Counted from the first letter of the whole stretch, positions 1-12,708 are shown. The stretch: 63,199 nucleotides of DNA, filler included, from Choristocarpus tenellus KU-1152 (GCA_964200185.2; 14 parts of 14 records of this genome joined end to end with filler, not necessarily neighbours in it); one strand, 5' to 3'. Notes: generated from the letters alone by a model not told the origin. Numbers and translations are program-made.

Positions 1-2081
1 CCCCCCAGATATTAAAAAAAAAAATAGAAATAAATGTGTAACTCTCGAATTGCAATAAATACTCTTGTATTTGCTTTTCTCGCGAATTCTGAATTAGTTC
101 GTTACAAACTTCTAGTTTTCTGTAGTTTTCTGTGTATCCCCTTCACCACTAACGCAACCAATTTTCAGGTACCCACCCCACATCAACGCAACCAATTTTT
201 GTGTCTCCACTCGCAAATCAATGCGGTCAATTTCCTCAAATCCGTTCCCACACCAATCCTCCCAAAACGTTTCACCTTCATCCACAACACTCCACATTCA
301 TTCAAGAACACCCCACAATAATCCAAAACACTCCACCTTCATCCAATCCCATATTGTGCCTTTGAACTATAAGACATCTACCCTGCTTGAGGTTGACGTC
401 CCCACTGAGTCAATGTTTCATCTGATTCCAGACCATCACCTATTGCTCCAATTACCTCCAGTCCTTACTTCTCTCTCCTAGAGTCCTTGACACACTCACA
501 CGGTCCCATTGGTTAGCCCTCACATACACTTTGAAGGGTTCTGACTCCCATCTCCACTCCCTCTGTCCAACCGATTCAAGTGCCCACATAGTTGTCATCC
601 TCATTGCTCCCTCCATCTTGATTTAGTATAGGCCATACTCCTCTAGTTTTAGCCTGGGTTCTCTTCAAGAAACAAATGTCGCCTGGTTCCTCGTGATCAT
701 CTCCACCTCAAAGTGTTTCATCTGTGGTCCTGGTCGTTGGTCTCCCAGTTCTAGGCCAATTCCCCACCTCTACGTGATCCCTTCCCCTTTTGACTCAGTC
801 GAAATAAACGGAAATGCTGTGTGGGTATTTGGAAAGTCAAGAAAGTGTACATGGGATTATTGGAAATTGAAGATATCTTGCACTGTACTGTGCCAGGTCG
901 CCCTCATTCTCAGACCAGAGTCATACACACTTTACCCCTGCCTTCACTTTTAGCTCTCTGGGATCAAGAAAAATACTCGACTTCTTGTGTGTATGACATT
1001 CTACTCACTGGTCCCAGGCTCCTTTATAGCGAAGGGAATGGAAGTGTTGTGTAGTCAGTTGGAAGGTCGAGACAGTGTTTGTGAGGTAATAGAATTGTAT
1101 ATTTATTAACCCTTACTATCCGGACTCGATTCCCTGTACTCCGAGGATAGAGACACCTATATTCTTATACTTGTGTTCACTTCGAACTTTCGACTATTGT
1201 AGTCAAACCAAGCACTTCATGTTCCTGTATATACCGAAATCCCCCCCTTCTGTTCCTGAACCCCCTTTGTAATATTGTATTATGAGAGGGTGCTGTCGAC
1301 CCTCTGGCGTACTTAGGCTGCAGCGCACCCAGATCCTGTATCCTCCCTTCCTGACCCAAGGATTACTTTTATCATTTAAAGTGCGGAACAGAGTACCGAG
1401 AGGTAACTTGAGTAGTGTCCTTGCACCACCTAGAGATTCCATTTGCGGATGCATTCTTCACTCTTGGTCTGTGTCCTGTCATTAATGACCAAAACTTTTT
1501 TTCTTCGCTTAAGAGAGCCCCCTTACTCCGACATCGGTCCTTGGCTACCCTCCTATCCTAACAGGTCTATCTCTTGACCACACTTCAGTACTCCTATCCC
1601 CTCTGACTTCCTCCTCCCGTTAGTCTACCCAGCCAACCCATATTCTGGTACAACCCCAACGGGTACACCAGGTGCCAAAAGAGAAAAAGGCCCAGGGCAG
1701 ACCTCATAGAACCTGTGAACCAGTCTTCCCATCTCTACTCACACATCTTTGCATAAACTCTCCTTATATTTGGCCAGTCTCCACTAGAACATCCGTTATT
1801 TATGGAGGTATCATATAGTCTGAGCATCCCGTGCACTCATTATCCGTTCCTACCACCCAAGGCTGTGCCTTACACAGGCATTGCATAGCAGAGTCCCTGG
1901 CTACACACGCATTATTTGTATACCCAAACCTTAGCGGCTCCATTATACCCTGAAGTATTCTCTAGGTACCTACATTGATTTGCCATGCAACATCCCCCAC
2001 TCCATCTCACCCACAAGATATTTCTGAATCATAGACTACATTTGCAGTCCAGATACTCTATACAACATGACATACAACTGC

Positions 2082-2336
2082 GAGTCAAGGTATCTTAGAG
2101 GGTAGAACCGTGTCCGTTTGGGGGCAAAAATCCAATGTTCTGATTTCGATGTAATTTTGGCAGTCGTTTTTGTTAGGAAGTGCCAATATCCTTGTCCCAG
2201 ACTCACCTTTTCATCACGTATACCTTTTACCTACTCCGAAACATTTCGGAGTAAAATATCACAAAAAACAGCTGGGAAACCAAGCCCTAAACGGACAAAC
2301 GTGGTAAAACTCGTACCCTCTAAGATACTTTCACTC
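2082..2336 (+). mobile_element. MITE family A, full copy (~255 bp)
   Basis: TIRs GAGTCAAGGTATCTTAGAGGGTA ... TACCCTCTAAGATACTTTCACTC; non-coding; internal hairpin CTACTCCGAAA-CAT-TTCGGAGTA; flanks TGC/TGA (3-bp TSD with one mismatch). Confidence 0.9.
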
Positions 2337-2486
2337 TGAGGTACCAGGCACTCAGAGGGGGCGGGCTGGTTTAGCAGGTAGTATTACAATTATCACTTTG
2401 GGCCCCTACGATCGTTTTGGCACATGGATTCATAAATTTCTCTCACCTTGGAGGATTCCTGAACACCACTGATGGGTCACCACCTT

Positions 2487-2742
2487 GAGTGAAAGTATCT
2501 TAGAAGGAACGAGTTTTGCCCTGTTTGTCCATTTGGGGCTTGGCTTCCATGGGGTATTTTATGACATTTTCCTACTCCGAAATGTTTTGGAGTAGGTAAA
2601 ATGTATACGTTATGAAAAGGTGTTCCGGAACAAGGGTATTGACAATTCCTAAAAAACACGATAGCCAAGATTACATCAAAATCGCAACATTGGACTGTGG
2701 CCCCCAGACAGACGCGGCCCTGCCCTCTAATATTCTTGGCTC
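2487..2742 (-). mobile_element. MITE family A, full copy, inverted relative to 2082-2336
   Basis: Reverse complement of family A; flanked by CTT/CTT direct repeat. Confidence 0.9.
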
Positions 2743-2789
2743 CTTCATCCTGGTATCTTGAGTGGTGTACTGTTGGAGGAAGTCAATGC

Positions 2790-2889
2790 NNNNNNNNNNN
2801 NNNNNNNNNNNNNNNNNNNNNNNNNNNNNNNNNTTAATTAATTAANNNNNNNNNNNNNNNNNNNNNNNNNNNNNNNNNNNNNNNNNNNN
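2790..2889. other. Artificial contig-joining spacer N44-TTAATTAATTAA-N44 (first of 13)
   Basis: Identical 100-nt spacers with an all-frame stop linker at 2790-2889, 7813-7912, 12148-12247, 15673-15772, 24917-25016, 28067-28166, 33207-33306, 35950-36049, 43013-43112, 45756-45855, 50508-50607, 53627-53726, 60485-60584. Separate 10-N scaffold gaps at 29051-29060 and 42485-42494. Confidence 0.99.
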
Positions 2890-3299
2890 CACTTTCCGCG
2901 CACCATTTCGGTCAAACCCATCCTCCATGAAATGATCCATCCACCATTATCATGATCCGCTGTTATGAAACGATGGATCGCCATCCTGTCGATTTACTCC
3001 TGTCACTACCTTCATTAACAACCTGGCCTCCATGACTTCTCCTGCGCTGTGGTCACTACAAAAGGCTGCTACATGCTGTGTAGTAGGAGGTACACAGTAA
3101 TGCAAGACATTAACAAGTCGGAATGTAAGACGATGGTACTAATGTGTAGATGTAAACGTGCCCTGCTAACACACACATACATATATACATACACTCCGGA
3201 CTACATCAACATAGAATACTAGTTGCGCAAATATTGAGAGATAGTGCACTCCTGAGAATCTGGCACTTCAGCACAAACAAATACATCCTGCGGTTAGTT

Positions 3300-5400
3300 G
3301 TGAAGGGGCCAGCTCTGTAGTGGACGCATCCCATAATTGCTACTACAAAACAATCTCAACGGCTGGTCAATAAAAATCCTTGTCCTGTTTTGACCACCTC
3401 ACTTCCATACTACTTGCAGCAATTTGCATTCCAACAATATTTCCAATTTTGGATAATCTAGTGATTGAGCACACAATTGATCAGGTGCTCATACAACATC
3501 TGCTGAAGAACAAACTACATACACTTGGCTTATTATGCCAAAAAATACAATAGTGAATGCCCCTACCATTATCAAGGGAAGCACTTGACCTATGCATGCT
3601 AGCTTCCCACCATTGCGAACAAAATGTCAGTAGGTAGTGGTATATACATCAACAAGGGGTGCTTATTTTGTGCAATGGTAATATTACAAGCAAAAAAATA
3701 ATAGTGCTTGGAACCGCTCCAATTTCTCGTTGCTGGCACCATGTTTCCTAGGTACTACATTGGCACTATTGACTGAGGGCTCTGGGCTACATATTGCTAC
3801 ATGGATCAGCCGGCGCGTGTGAATAGATTATACTTGACCGTTGCCATAATACTTCTGTCCAAATGATAACTGTCCCTTGCAATTCCGTTCACATGACCAT
3901 GAATCACGACACAATTGAAGGGAAGAACATTGCAAGATTAACCACTTAATGTGTTGCAAAATAATTCTCTCCCACAAATTGGGTTGGGTCTGTACTCCTA
4001 CCCTAGAATGTACTGTGTCAAATGCTAGCTATGGCGACATATGCCTCATCCGATACCTCTACCTGGAGACAGGATGTTTACGGAGAGAGGAGACAAGTCG
4101 CATGACTAACAGAGATTTCCAGAGGATACGTAGACAGAAATATTGTAACGATGACTCTATTGACCAAAACCAATTTAGAGGTAGGCCAAGTTATATATTT
4201 AAGGATCCAATTGAATGGTGAACAGACTCCATTTTGTACAAATATTGCGGAAAGAGCCTTTTTTGCTTAATTGTGGTGTCACTTTGTGCGTGGGAAGGCG
4301 GAATATAATTTTTTCGTACACTATTGTGCACATGAGCAATTAAATATGTTGTGTTCGCACAGGGTAAGAAAGATGACTTATAATGCGAGTGGGTTCAGAA
4401 GTGCCTACTGCAAAGTACCTCTCAATTGGTTTGGCTATGTTTACACATGTGCATATGCAAAAACTATATCAAGTAATGAGCGCCTTATGTATCTCTTCAT
4501 CTAACTAGGATACATTCGATACCAAGATCAGAGAGGTCCACCCTCGAAAATCGGCCATCTTATTCCATCTTCAATGCAAGCAAAGTCATCATTACAGTCT
4601 CCATGGTTAACTCACCATCACTAGCAGCATGACCAGTCTCCCCGCTATCCAAAATCCAACCGTGTTTCCAAGTCACCCACGTGTATACTACTAGAGCCGC
4701 CCACAGTCAAATTAAAGTGATGGTGCTCCCCTGTTAACCTCTATTGGCATGTATGTACTGATATTTCTATGATACCTTGATCAACATATCGGTTGATATC
4801 ATGCGCCCCTTCTTTCTGTAATGGAAACCTTCCTCACTGAATCGGAAGGTCATAGAGCTGTACATCTTTGACCTAGATGCATCTTCATTAACCTTTTACT
4901 CATCCTCTGCCATCTTCACTAAGCACAACATGAACGTACAGCATTAATCATAGTTGGGTGCATTGGTTCTCTCTGTAGGCATGTTCAGCATCACATGCAT
5001 TCGTCATGATGCCTGCTCATCCAAGGTCACATACAAGTATTCCCTCAGTTCCAGTCGTTGTCTTTTCAATTGAATAAACATCCCCACAAACATCATACTT
5101 AAGCGAGGGGTTGAGAAAATAGAAAAACGAGACCTCTCTTGGGAATAAGAAATGAGCACAACCATCCCCACTATAAATTTTTGCTCATGGACGGTACAAA
5201 TGAGTTGTAGGCGCATAGCAAGAGCACCTTGCACCCCCCCCTCCCTTCCCCCTCCTTCCACACTCAAAACGTGCGACTCCCCAAAACTGAGAGCAAGGTC
5301 GTACACAGCCTGTGTAAGTCCCTCCACCATCATGGGGTCGTCGTGGGTAAAGATACGGTTCTGTGCCTCTACCTTCGATGATCAATGAGTGTACGGGCAT
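3300..5400 (-). mobile_element. Highly degenerate Ty1/Copia relic (gag, protease, RT fragments)
   Basis: Minus strand reads GWILDSGETGH (Copia protease motif WILDSGAxxH) at ~4628-4660, preceded by a decayed zinc knuckle (GFHYRKKGRMIS, ~4790-4830). RT-like scraps NEKLERFQAL (~3705-3735) and RIFIDQ (~3365-3385). Many stops and frameshifts; boundaries approximate. Confidence 0.55.
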
Positions 5401-7912
5401 ATTGCAATAAGCCCACACATGACCCCACCAACGTATAATCCACTTCCACGATCTTACCAAGTATGAACAAGAGGAAAAAAAGAAATAAGAGGAGGAAAGA
5501 CGAGTAGAGGAATTTATGGAGTTTGAAGGCAGGGCTTGAACAGCCTGAGGGATGGAGATAGAACGCACGTGTGTTTATATATATACATCACTTTCATGAG
5601 CTTAACAAGGGGTGTATACTTCAGAATTTGAAACCTCGGCATCGCCTCTTGATTGGATTATGCTGGTGGGTGCCATATATATATATATAGGGCTTCTTCA
5701 AATAAAAACAAAACCCCTACCTACCACTTCTGAATGTTGTCTTCATTCTTGACTTGCCACACGGACCACCATAACTGACCCGCTCTCCATCCCCCCCCTT
5801 CCCAATTAACAAACTCTTTTCCTACAGCCATACACCTCTTCAACTCCCTGTCTGTCTACCACAAAGTTGGACCCGCAACTTCTCCACACTCCTGGCCTCG
5901 AAAACACTGATGTCAGCCATTTATTTGTACACCCAATTCACCCTCCACAATTTTTTTCCAAGAATGTGATACACCAAAAAAAGGTATCCTGGCAAAATGT
6001 TTTATTAGCCTTTTGACGAACATGTAACCATATTAGGTTTCGAATCAGGCGGATTGCCTTTTGTTGAAGATTGGTAACCTCCTAACCTACCAGAAAGTAG
6101 TGACTAGCTCAATGGCTTATTGCTTTATTTTAAGTAAATAAGTCAGTAACTTCAAAACCCCATACTAACTCCCTCGTTATCCAACCAAATGTATACCTCA
6201 TATTTGGAGACCAGTCACCATGTCAAAGGAAAAACGCCTGATGATGGATTGAAGGTCGTAACCACCATTATGTCCCCCTCTTCGCAATATCCATATACCC
6301 AGAAGCTCATGCTTGCTGTCGGTAAGTTGGTGATCTAGAACGAGACACTCTACTGCACATCACCTGGCTCCGAAAGATATCAGCCACCCATACCTTCCTC
6401 TTCGTGCTCCAGGTGGTACTTCTACTGCCGTCCTGAGTGTTGAGATTGACCCTCGCTGTGCTGACTTTAGCAGATCATCGCCGCAAGAATATCAAGGAGA
6501 GGGAGACCATGGTATGACAGTCCACAAATTGGTTGTGGCATCCCCAGGTGTCCTCACAAGTGGAATTGGGCCAGTCCCAGGACTGACAACGGCAGGGACC
6601 CGACGAAGAAGGGATCATGTCAGTGACGGTGGAAGACTTCGAGATCACGGTACGCAACCACGGAGACCAAGCATGAAACGAAAAATCCAGAGAACGAGTA
6701 CGGTTTCCACTCCTATGTCAATGTCCAAGTCAATATCTTGAAGTATTACCCCCATTGAACCTCGACGAGTCCCTTTTCCATCTTTGACCACGTTTGACAG
6801 TTTGAGCCCCGAAGAGGTTAAAATATCTCTGTGGAAGTTCTTCTCATGTGGAGTCCAAGCCTACGGAGCAGGTTGGTCGAGGGTGGACTGATGGAAGGGT
6901 ATCGACGCGTCCCGGGGACGAAGAGGGCATCTGAACCAAGAGCCAGCTCTGCTGGGTTTCGATGGGGGAAAGACGAGGGGATTGTGATTCAGGTGCGACG
7001 GCTCGTCTGGGTTATCGACCAAATCATAGACTCCACTCAAGATCGAAGACTATTGGCAATTGAGCCGTGAGTATCGTTGGGCAAATGATAGAGATATTTA
7101 ATCACACTCGTTTGAATACTGGAAGCTGGAAGGATCCACACTATTCACGTCCAAAAATATCTACCACCACTTCTTCGGTGAACTTACCCCATTGCTCGTG
7201 TTGGACATTAGTCTGAGATTGGGATTTGATCCATGATTCAAAGTTTGAGAGGGGCGGCACTGCCTCACCTTCCAAGTCCATTCCTTCAACTGTGTCTAAT
7301 TAACGGTATTCTGGTACTGCTGCACGCCTGGTCAGGGAGGGTACCCCGTGCATGAATGCAAGGTCTCTTTTGGTCCACAGGTTCTGAAGGAAGTTTGATC
7401 TGTTTGCTACATGGAGATGCTCACTGCATACTGCATGGTATCCAATATTTGTTTGATGAATAGTAAAAATCTATTGAGTAGGTACCCACCCACCTTTGTG
7501 GAAATCTCAACTGCTACCTATGCTCATCTCCACTTGAATACCACCCTGCCTCTGGCATTCTACAACCCCAGACTTTTGATCATCAATCGCCGTGACTGTC
7601 TGTCTTGCCAAATCACATCAACCTTGTTTCAACCGGATACTCCGTCTCCCCTTATCATATTGTCCTAACCGATGCTGACACCTTGTCTGCGTTGACCCTG
7701 TCCACAGATCCCTCCATCCAAGGATGCACCAGTGCCCGAGTATGTACGGGTTGGAGTGTTTGACAAGGCCTGCCCAGGCAACCTTCCACTCTCCTCTGGG
7801 ACAATTCCACTCNNNNNNNNNNNNNNNNNNNNNNNNNNNNNNNNNNNNNNNNNNNNTTAATTAATTAANNNNNNNNNNNNNNNNNNNNNNNNNNNNNNNN
7901 NNNNNNNNNNNN

Positions 7913-7997
7913 CCGAATGTCCCGCATTATCTTCTGTGCGTACATAAAATAATACTTCAAATCATATTCTCACAAATGGTCAAGCATAATCTTGACA
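7913..7997 (-). mobile_element. 5' end of a Copia LTR in inverted orientation, truncated by contig start
   Basis: Reverse complement TGTCAAGATTATGCTTGACCATTTGTGAGAATATGATTTGAAG...GTACGCACAGAAGATAATGCGGGAC aligns with the LTR start at 11394-11472. Confidence 0.9.
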
Positions 7998-10900
7998 TGT
8001 TCTAAGTGGTAAATTGGAGACTGTTGTATTCACTAACGTACTTGTGGTGCCTGATCTTGGTGTGAACTTTTATTCTGCCAAGGCTTGCATGCGAGATTGT
8101 CACAGTTTCCAGTCCGTTGACTCCACTAGAACCTCAAATTTTAGGGACAACGGGGAATGAAATCTCACCTTCACATCATTGGGGGAGGAGGAATCATTCT
8201 CCCTAGGGATGCGCAGAGTGAGTGTGATGAATGGCTCTGACTCTACTAATGTGCCCACCACTGATGCAACACCTATTTCTGCCACACCAAGAATAAACTT
8301 GACCCGGAAAACTGTGTCGATGGATGTCAATTACCTGCATATACGACTAGGCCATGTACAACAAGGGATGGTGGTGAGGAAATGCGCTTCTGCCCAGAAT
8401 ATTTTACTGACTGTGACTTGGGTACCATCTTGTCGAGGTTGCTCCCTCGGCAAAGGACATCGGCATCCAATTCCAAAGGAGACTGAGAATTGGGATTCGG
8501 AAATGGGGGGACGTGTTTATGTGGACTTGACTGGACCGAAAGAACAACCCAGTAAGGGGAAGGGGCATTACCATGCGATGTTTGTGGTGAATGACTGCAC
8601 TCGAATGAGTTTCGGGTATTACTTGAGAACCAAAGAGTGATCAAACGACATTGTCAAGAATTTTAGAGATTCTTGATCAATGTGGCGAAGCCTGCCGAGG
8701 TATGCATCAAAGCTGTGAGGACAGACTGCGGGACGGAATTTCCTCGGGCTGCATTTGAGTCGATGCTGGAAAAGTACACCATTCGTCACGAGCACACTAT
8801 GCCTGGTGCGCCTCAATACAACAGGGTGGTTGAAAGGAGAATTGTCTTGGTGTGGGAGAAGTCACTTGTACTGCGATATGGTGCGAGATTGGAAAATGAT
8901 GGGACCTTGTGGGCAGAGGCGATGTCATACGCCAACATCTCACCAACGTGACACCGACATCTGCGAATGAAGACTGGGTAGCTCCATGGGAATTATGGCG
9001 CGGACATCCTGCTGATGTTATGCAACTTCTAATTTGAGGTTGCCATGACTATGTTCGTATCAATAACCGACCCACAAAGTCTTCACCTCATGCTGAACCT
9101 TGTTTCATGATGGGTGTTGCACCTCATAACCAATACCCTCCCCGTACTTACCGGATTCTGCTGCCACGTTCAGGGCGACTCGTGATGAGAAGGGACGTCA
9201 GTTGGGAGTCCATGTGGGATAGTAACCTGCGTGATGACACCCAACATCAATCTTCAGGGTTGCCACTGTGGAGGGGGGAAGGATTTTTTCCAGTGACCAC
9301 GAGTGGGGAAATGACACCCGGAGATTCTAGTGATGAGGATCCTGGATTATTTTTGGAGGGTATGGTTGAAGGCATTAATACGGGGGAGCAATTGGGGTCG
9401 GGTCCTACTATACATTTGGGGTCCGGAACAAGGGTTTCTGGGCAAGTCAATGGGGATAGGGTTACGTTACCTCCACAACAGGGGAGTGGGTGGCTTGGGT
9501 CAGGGTGGCAGTCACAACCCTCTGAACCCAGGATGCTGTCTCGGCCCCGGGAGTACAATGTGGAGCCATCACAAACTCCTCTGGCACATAAGAGAACTAC
9601 TAGTCAAACAGCCTACGCGGTCAGACACAAGGTGGAGGAGATGGTTAGTGATGAGTTGGGACTGGGTTGGCCAGGGGATACTGCGGCTATTGAGCTACCT
9701 CCTGTACCTCTTGCTGTAAAGGAAGCACTTGAGTCTCGAGAGTCCAAGGAGTGGCTTGAGGCTGTTTATGCTGAGATTGATGGGTTAATTGCTCATGGCA
9801 CATGGGTGCAGGTTCCCAGGCCAACTAAGGCAAATGTCTTGAAAATGAAATTCATTTTTTCGAGGAAGGTGAATTCAGTGGGGATTGGTGGACCGCTGGA
9901 AAGCTAGACTGGTGGTACAAGGATTTCAGCAACAGCCTGGCATTGATTGGCATGAAAAATTCGCACCAACGGCACAAATGTCAAGCCTGCTAATGATACT
10001 TGCACTTACTGCACGGTTGAGATGAGACCTGAGTATGGCAGATGCAGTGAGGGCTTTTACCAATGCAGACCTGGAGTAAGACCTGTTTGTAGAGTTGCCA
10101 GAAGGGGTGGTGGCTGAATTCGATGAGGCAGTTGGGAAGCTACAGAAATCATTGTATGGGATTATCCAAGCATCGCATAATTGGAATGCCCTACTTGTGG
10201 CATCATTACTGGAGCTGAGACTGGAACAATGCGAGGCTGATCTTTGTTTTTTTAGATGGATGTTGGATGGGGAACTGGTACTAATCATGTTTATTCATGT
10301 CGGCGATATGCTTATGGTCAGCAAGGGGTCTATGCATGCCTTGGATATAGTTCAGGGACTACACAAGAAATTTCCTGTGGAGTACCTTGGGGAGAAGGGA
10401 CAGTTTATGGGATGTCACATCAACAGGGATTGTGGACTTGGGACAGTTTCCATAGACCAACAGGTATATGTTGAAAACTTGGCTTCCAAATGTGGGATCA
10501 TGAGTGCCTGCGACCTTCGTGCTGTTGCTACCAACGAGTTTGTTAAGGAGGGACCAATTAGAGATGGTTATCGTGCAATAGTCGGGAGCTTGATGTGGGC
10601 ATCCATTATGACCAGACCCAATGTATCATCTGCGGTAAGGAGCCTAGCGATGAAGTGTGTGAATCCCACAGTGACGAATTGGAAAAGGACTGAAATAGTG
10701 ATTGCATGTTTGCTGAGGACCAGTAAGAGGGGTTTCACTTTTGGTGATTTCAGCTTTTATGGTGTTGACCTAGGGACCAACTCATTGACTATGCTGATGC
10801 AGACTACGCCAAATATGAGATTTCAAGATTTTCTGTGTCTGGTGGCGTGGTAATGTTTGGGGGTGCATGTGTGAGCTGGTGGTCGAAAATGCAGAAAACT

Positions 10901-11220
10901 GTTGCTTATCTACCACTGAGGCTGAGTATGTGTCGTTGTGTGATTTGGCCAAGGAGGTTATGTTTTTGCAGCGAGTTCGATTTCTTTTGGAGCCAGCTAT
11001 GCACAAGTATTGCGTACAGTTGCTTGAAGACAACAGTGGGGCAATCAAATTGGCTAAGAAGACAGCTCCGGGGGGTAAGACAAAACATATAGATATTCGA
11101 TATCATTATGTTAGGAGCTTGAAGAAGGGAAAGGGATAGATTGCATATGTAACTCCGGTGAACAACATGGAGATTTGTTCACGAAGGCTTTGAGTGGTAA
11201 CGTGTTTGAATCCAACACTA
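7998..11220 (+). pseudogene. Ty1/Copia pol (post-protease region, integrase, RT, RNase H), disrupted
   Basis: Motifs in Copia order: FTNVLVVPDLGVNF, YLHIRLGH, RVYVDLTGP, VRTDCGTEF, PQYNRVVERR, WLEAVYAEIDGLIAHGTW, KARLVVQGF, LQKSLYGIIQASHNWN, FIHVGDML, ADADYA, LSTTEAEY, EDNSGAI, KTKHIDIRYHYVR. Multiple stops and frameshifts. Confidence 0.96.
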
Positions 11221-11379
11221 GAACTATCATGCACCATGAATGAGGAGTAGTGTGCACATTGAGTTTCATTGGATTCATGATGCATGGACAGAGCAGGGGA
11301 GTGTGTCAAGATTTTGCTTGCCCATGTGTGGAAATAAGATTTGAAGTGTGCAGACTGAGTTGATTCTCACTGCATAGTC

Positions 11380-11391
11380 AGAGCAGGGGAG
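11380..11391 (+). promoter_or_regulatory. Polypurine tract of the Copia element (second copy at 11290-11301)
   Basis: AGAGCAGGGGAG followed by TG and then the LTR start TGTCAAG. Confidence 0.8.
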
Positions 11392-11393
11392 TG

Positions 11394-11690
11394 TGTCAAG
11401 ATTATACTTGACCTTTGTGAGAATATGATTCAAATTAATATTTTATGTACGCACAGACGATGTTGCGGGACGTTAAGGATATTTAGGCAGGGTATTTGAC
11501 CAGAAACAATCGACGGAATGTTAGAGTCGGCGTGTGCCTGACGTGTGCTAGAGAACTGTTGAGTCATTTGGTATTCTGAGTCATTTACTGTAAGTTTGGT
11601 GAGCCCTATCTAGTGATGGTGTCTCACTCTCTTCTCAACTGTGATATACAAGCTAATAAACAATAGCATAACTGGTTGAGTGGGACAACA
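11394..11690 (+). mobile_element. 3' LTR of the Copia element (~297 bp)
   Basis: Starts TGTCAAG after the PPT, and the start is confirmed by the inverted copy ending at 7997. Contains AATAAA near 11655. End placed at ...GGGACAACA (TG...CA) just before the mariner relic; the end is inferred. Confidence 0.7.
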
Positions 11691-11722
11691 GATCGTCAAG
11701 GACAGCTTAACACCCCCAACCC

Positions 11723-11990
11723 CCGCAGGTACAGAATAAGTGTTGCATTAGGAAGGTGATGTTCCTTTGTGTGGCCTGCCCTAGGAAGCTCTCCAATGGG
11801 GTGTTGTTCAATGGGAAAATCTGTATCTGGTCAATCGTGAACACTGAGGTCTCTCAGTGCTCCAGCAAACACCATCCCAAGGGCACCAAGGTGCTTGTGC
11901 CAGCCACGGTGGACGGGGGAGATATAAGAAGCCCATGATCGAGGATTCCATCCAGGCAATCAAGGCCCGCATGCCTAGACTAGAAGGATA
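11723..11990 (+). pseudogene. Tc1/mariner (plant/oomycete mariner-like, DD39D-type) transposase fragment
   Basis: QNKCCIRKVMFLCVACPR...FNGKICIW...SSKHHPKGT...VDG-(frameshift)-RYKKPMIEDSIQAIKARMP resembles the SKRFIxKVMFLxAVARPR / FDGKIGIWP / SKNRPAGT / VIPAIKAKWP blocks of this group. Confidence 0.75.
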
Positions 11991-11992
11991 CA

Positions 11993-12147
11993 TGCTCAAA
12001 GTATCTGGGGGGGGTGGCGACTGTCCATTTGGGATCAATTTTTTTATGTCGCGATTTTTGGATGATTTGGTTCCATACGTCGCATGGATAATGTAAATGC
12101 ACTCTTCCTGATTTTGACCCAAATGGACACCCTGGCGTAGACTTCCC
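11993..12147 (-). mobile_element. MITE family B copy, truncated at contig end
   Basis: TGCTCAAAGTATCTGGGGGGGG terminus; interior matches the reverse complement of 62531-62709. Confidence 0.85.
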
Positions 12148-12318
12148 NNNNNNNNNNNNNNNNNNNNNNNNNNNNNNNNNNNNNNNNNNNNTTAATTAAT
12201 TAANNNNNNNNNNNNNNNNNNNNNNNNNNNNNNNNNNNNNNNNNNNNACTATTCATCTCCTTCTTTCGTTTATTAGTTTTTTTTATTGTTTTTTTTTGTT
12301 ATTTAGATAGAAAAAGGA

Positions 12319-12367
<49 letters not shown>

Positions 12368-12397
12368 GGACTAGCAAGAGGGTTCATTTTTGATCAC

Positions 12398-12532
12398 CCT
12401 CAGGTTCGAGCAGGCGTTGTCCTCGGCCCGGCGACACAATTGTTCCTGTATAGATACATAGTAGGCATCACTGATCTCCTTCACTGGGTCAGAGCACCTT
12501 GGATTCTCACGTACCCCACTCAGATCATAAAC
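12398..12532 (-). CDS. PGM2: Phosphoglucomutase-2 exon (gene continues beyond contig)
   Basis: CAG|VYDLSGVRENPRCSDPVKEISDAYYVSIQEQLCRRAEDNACSNLR|GT; in phase and located where the linker before the YTAMHGVG motif is expected. Confidence 0.8.
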
Positions 12533-12708
12533 CTGGTTCAAAACATTTTTTTTGAGGGAATACAAATGTGTAAATGACATGTTTAGAAGGGGAGGGGGGG
12601 GACAGGGCGAGATGGGTGAATGAAGTGAATAAGCAGCAGAGATTCACTGGAGAAAGGAACGGCCTCTGTGCTTTTATGGTAATGTAACTTACTATTATTC
12701 TAGTCTCC

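Noticed and set aside
100-1480. Possible decayed LINE on the minus strand
   Set aside because: Only vague endonuclease-like and C-terminal-like scraps; no diagnostic RT motif.
2834-2845. TTAATTAATTAA recurring 13 times
   Set aside because: Always centred in 44+44 Ns; an artificial all-frame stop linker.
12322-12366. Long poly-G run as a G-quadruplex element
   Set aside because: Near a contig end in low-quality-looking sequence; length unreliable.
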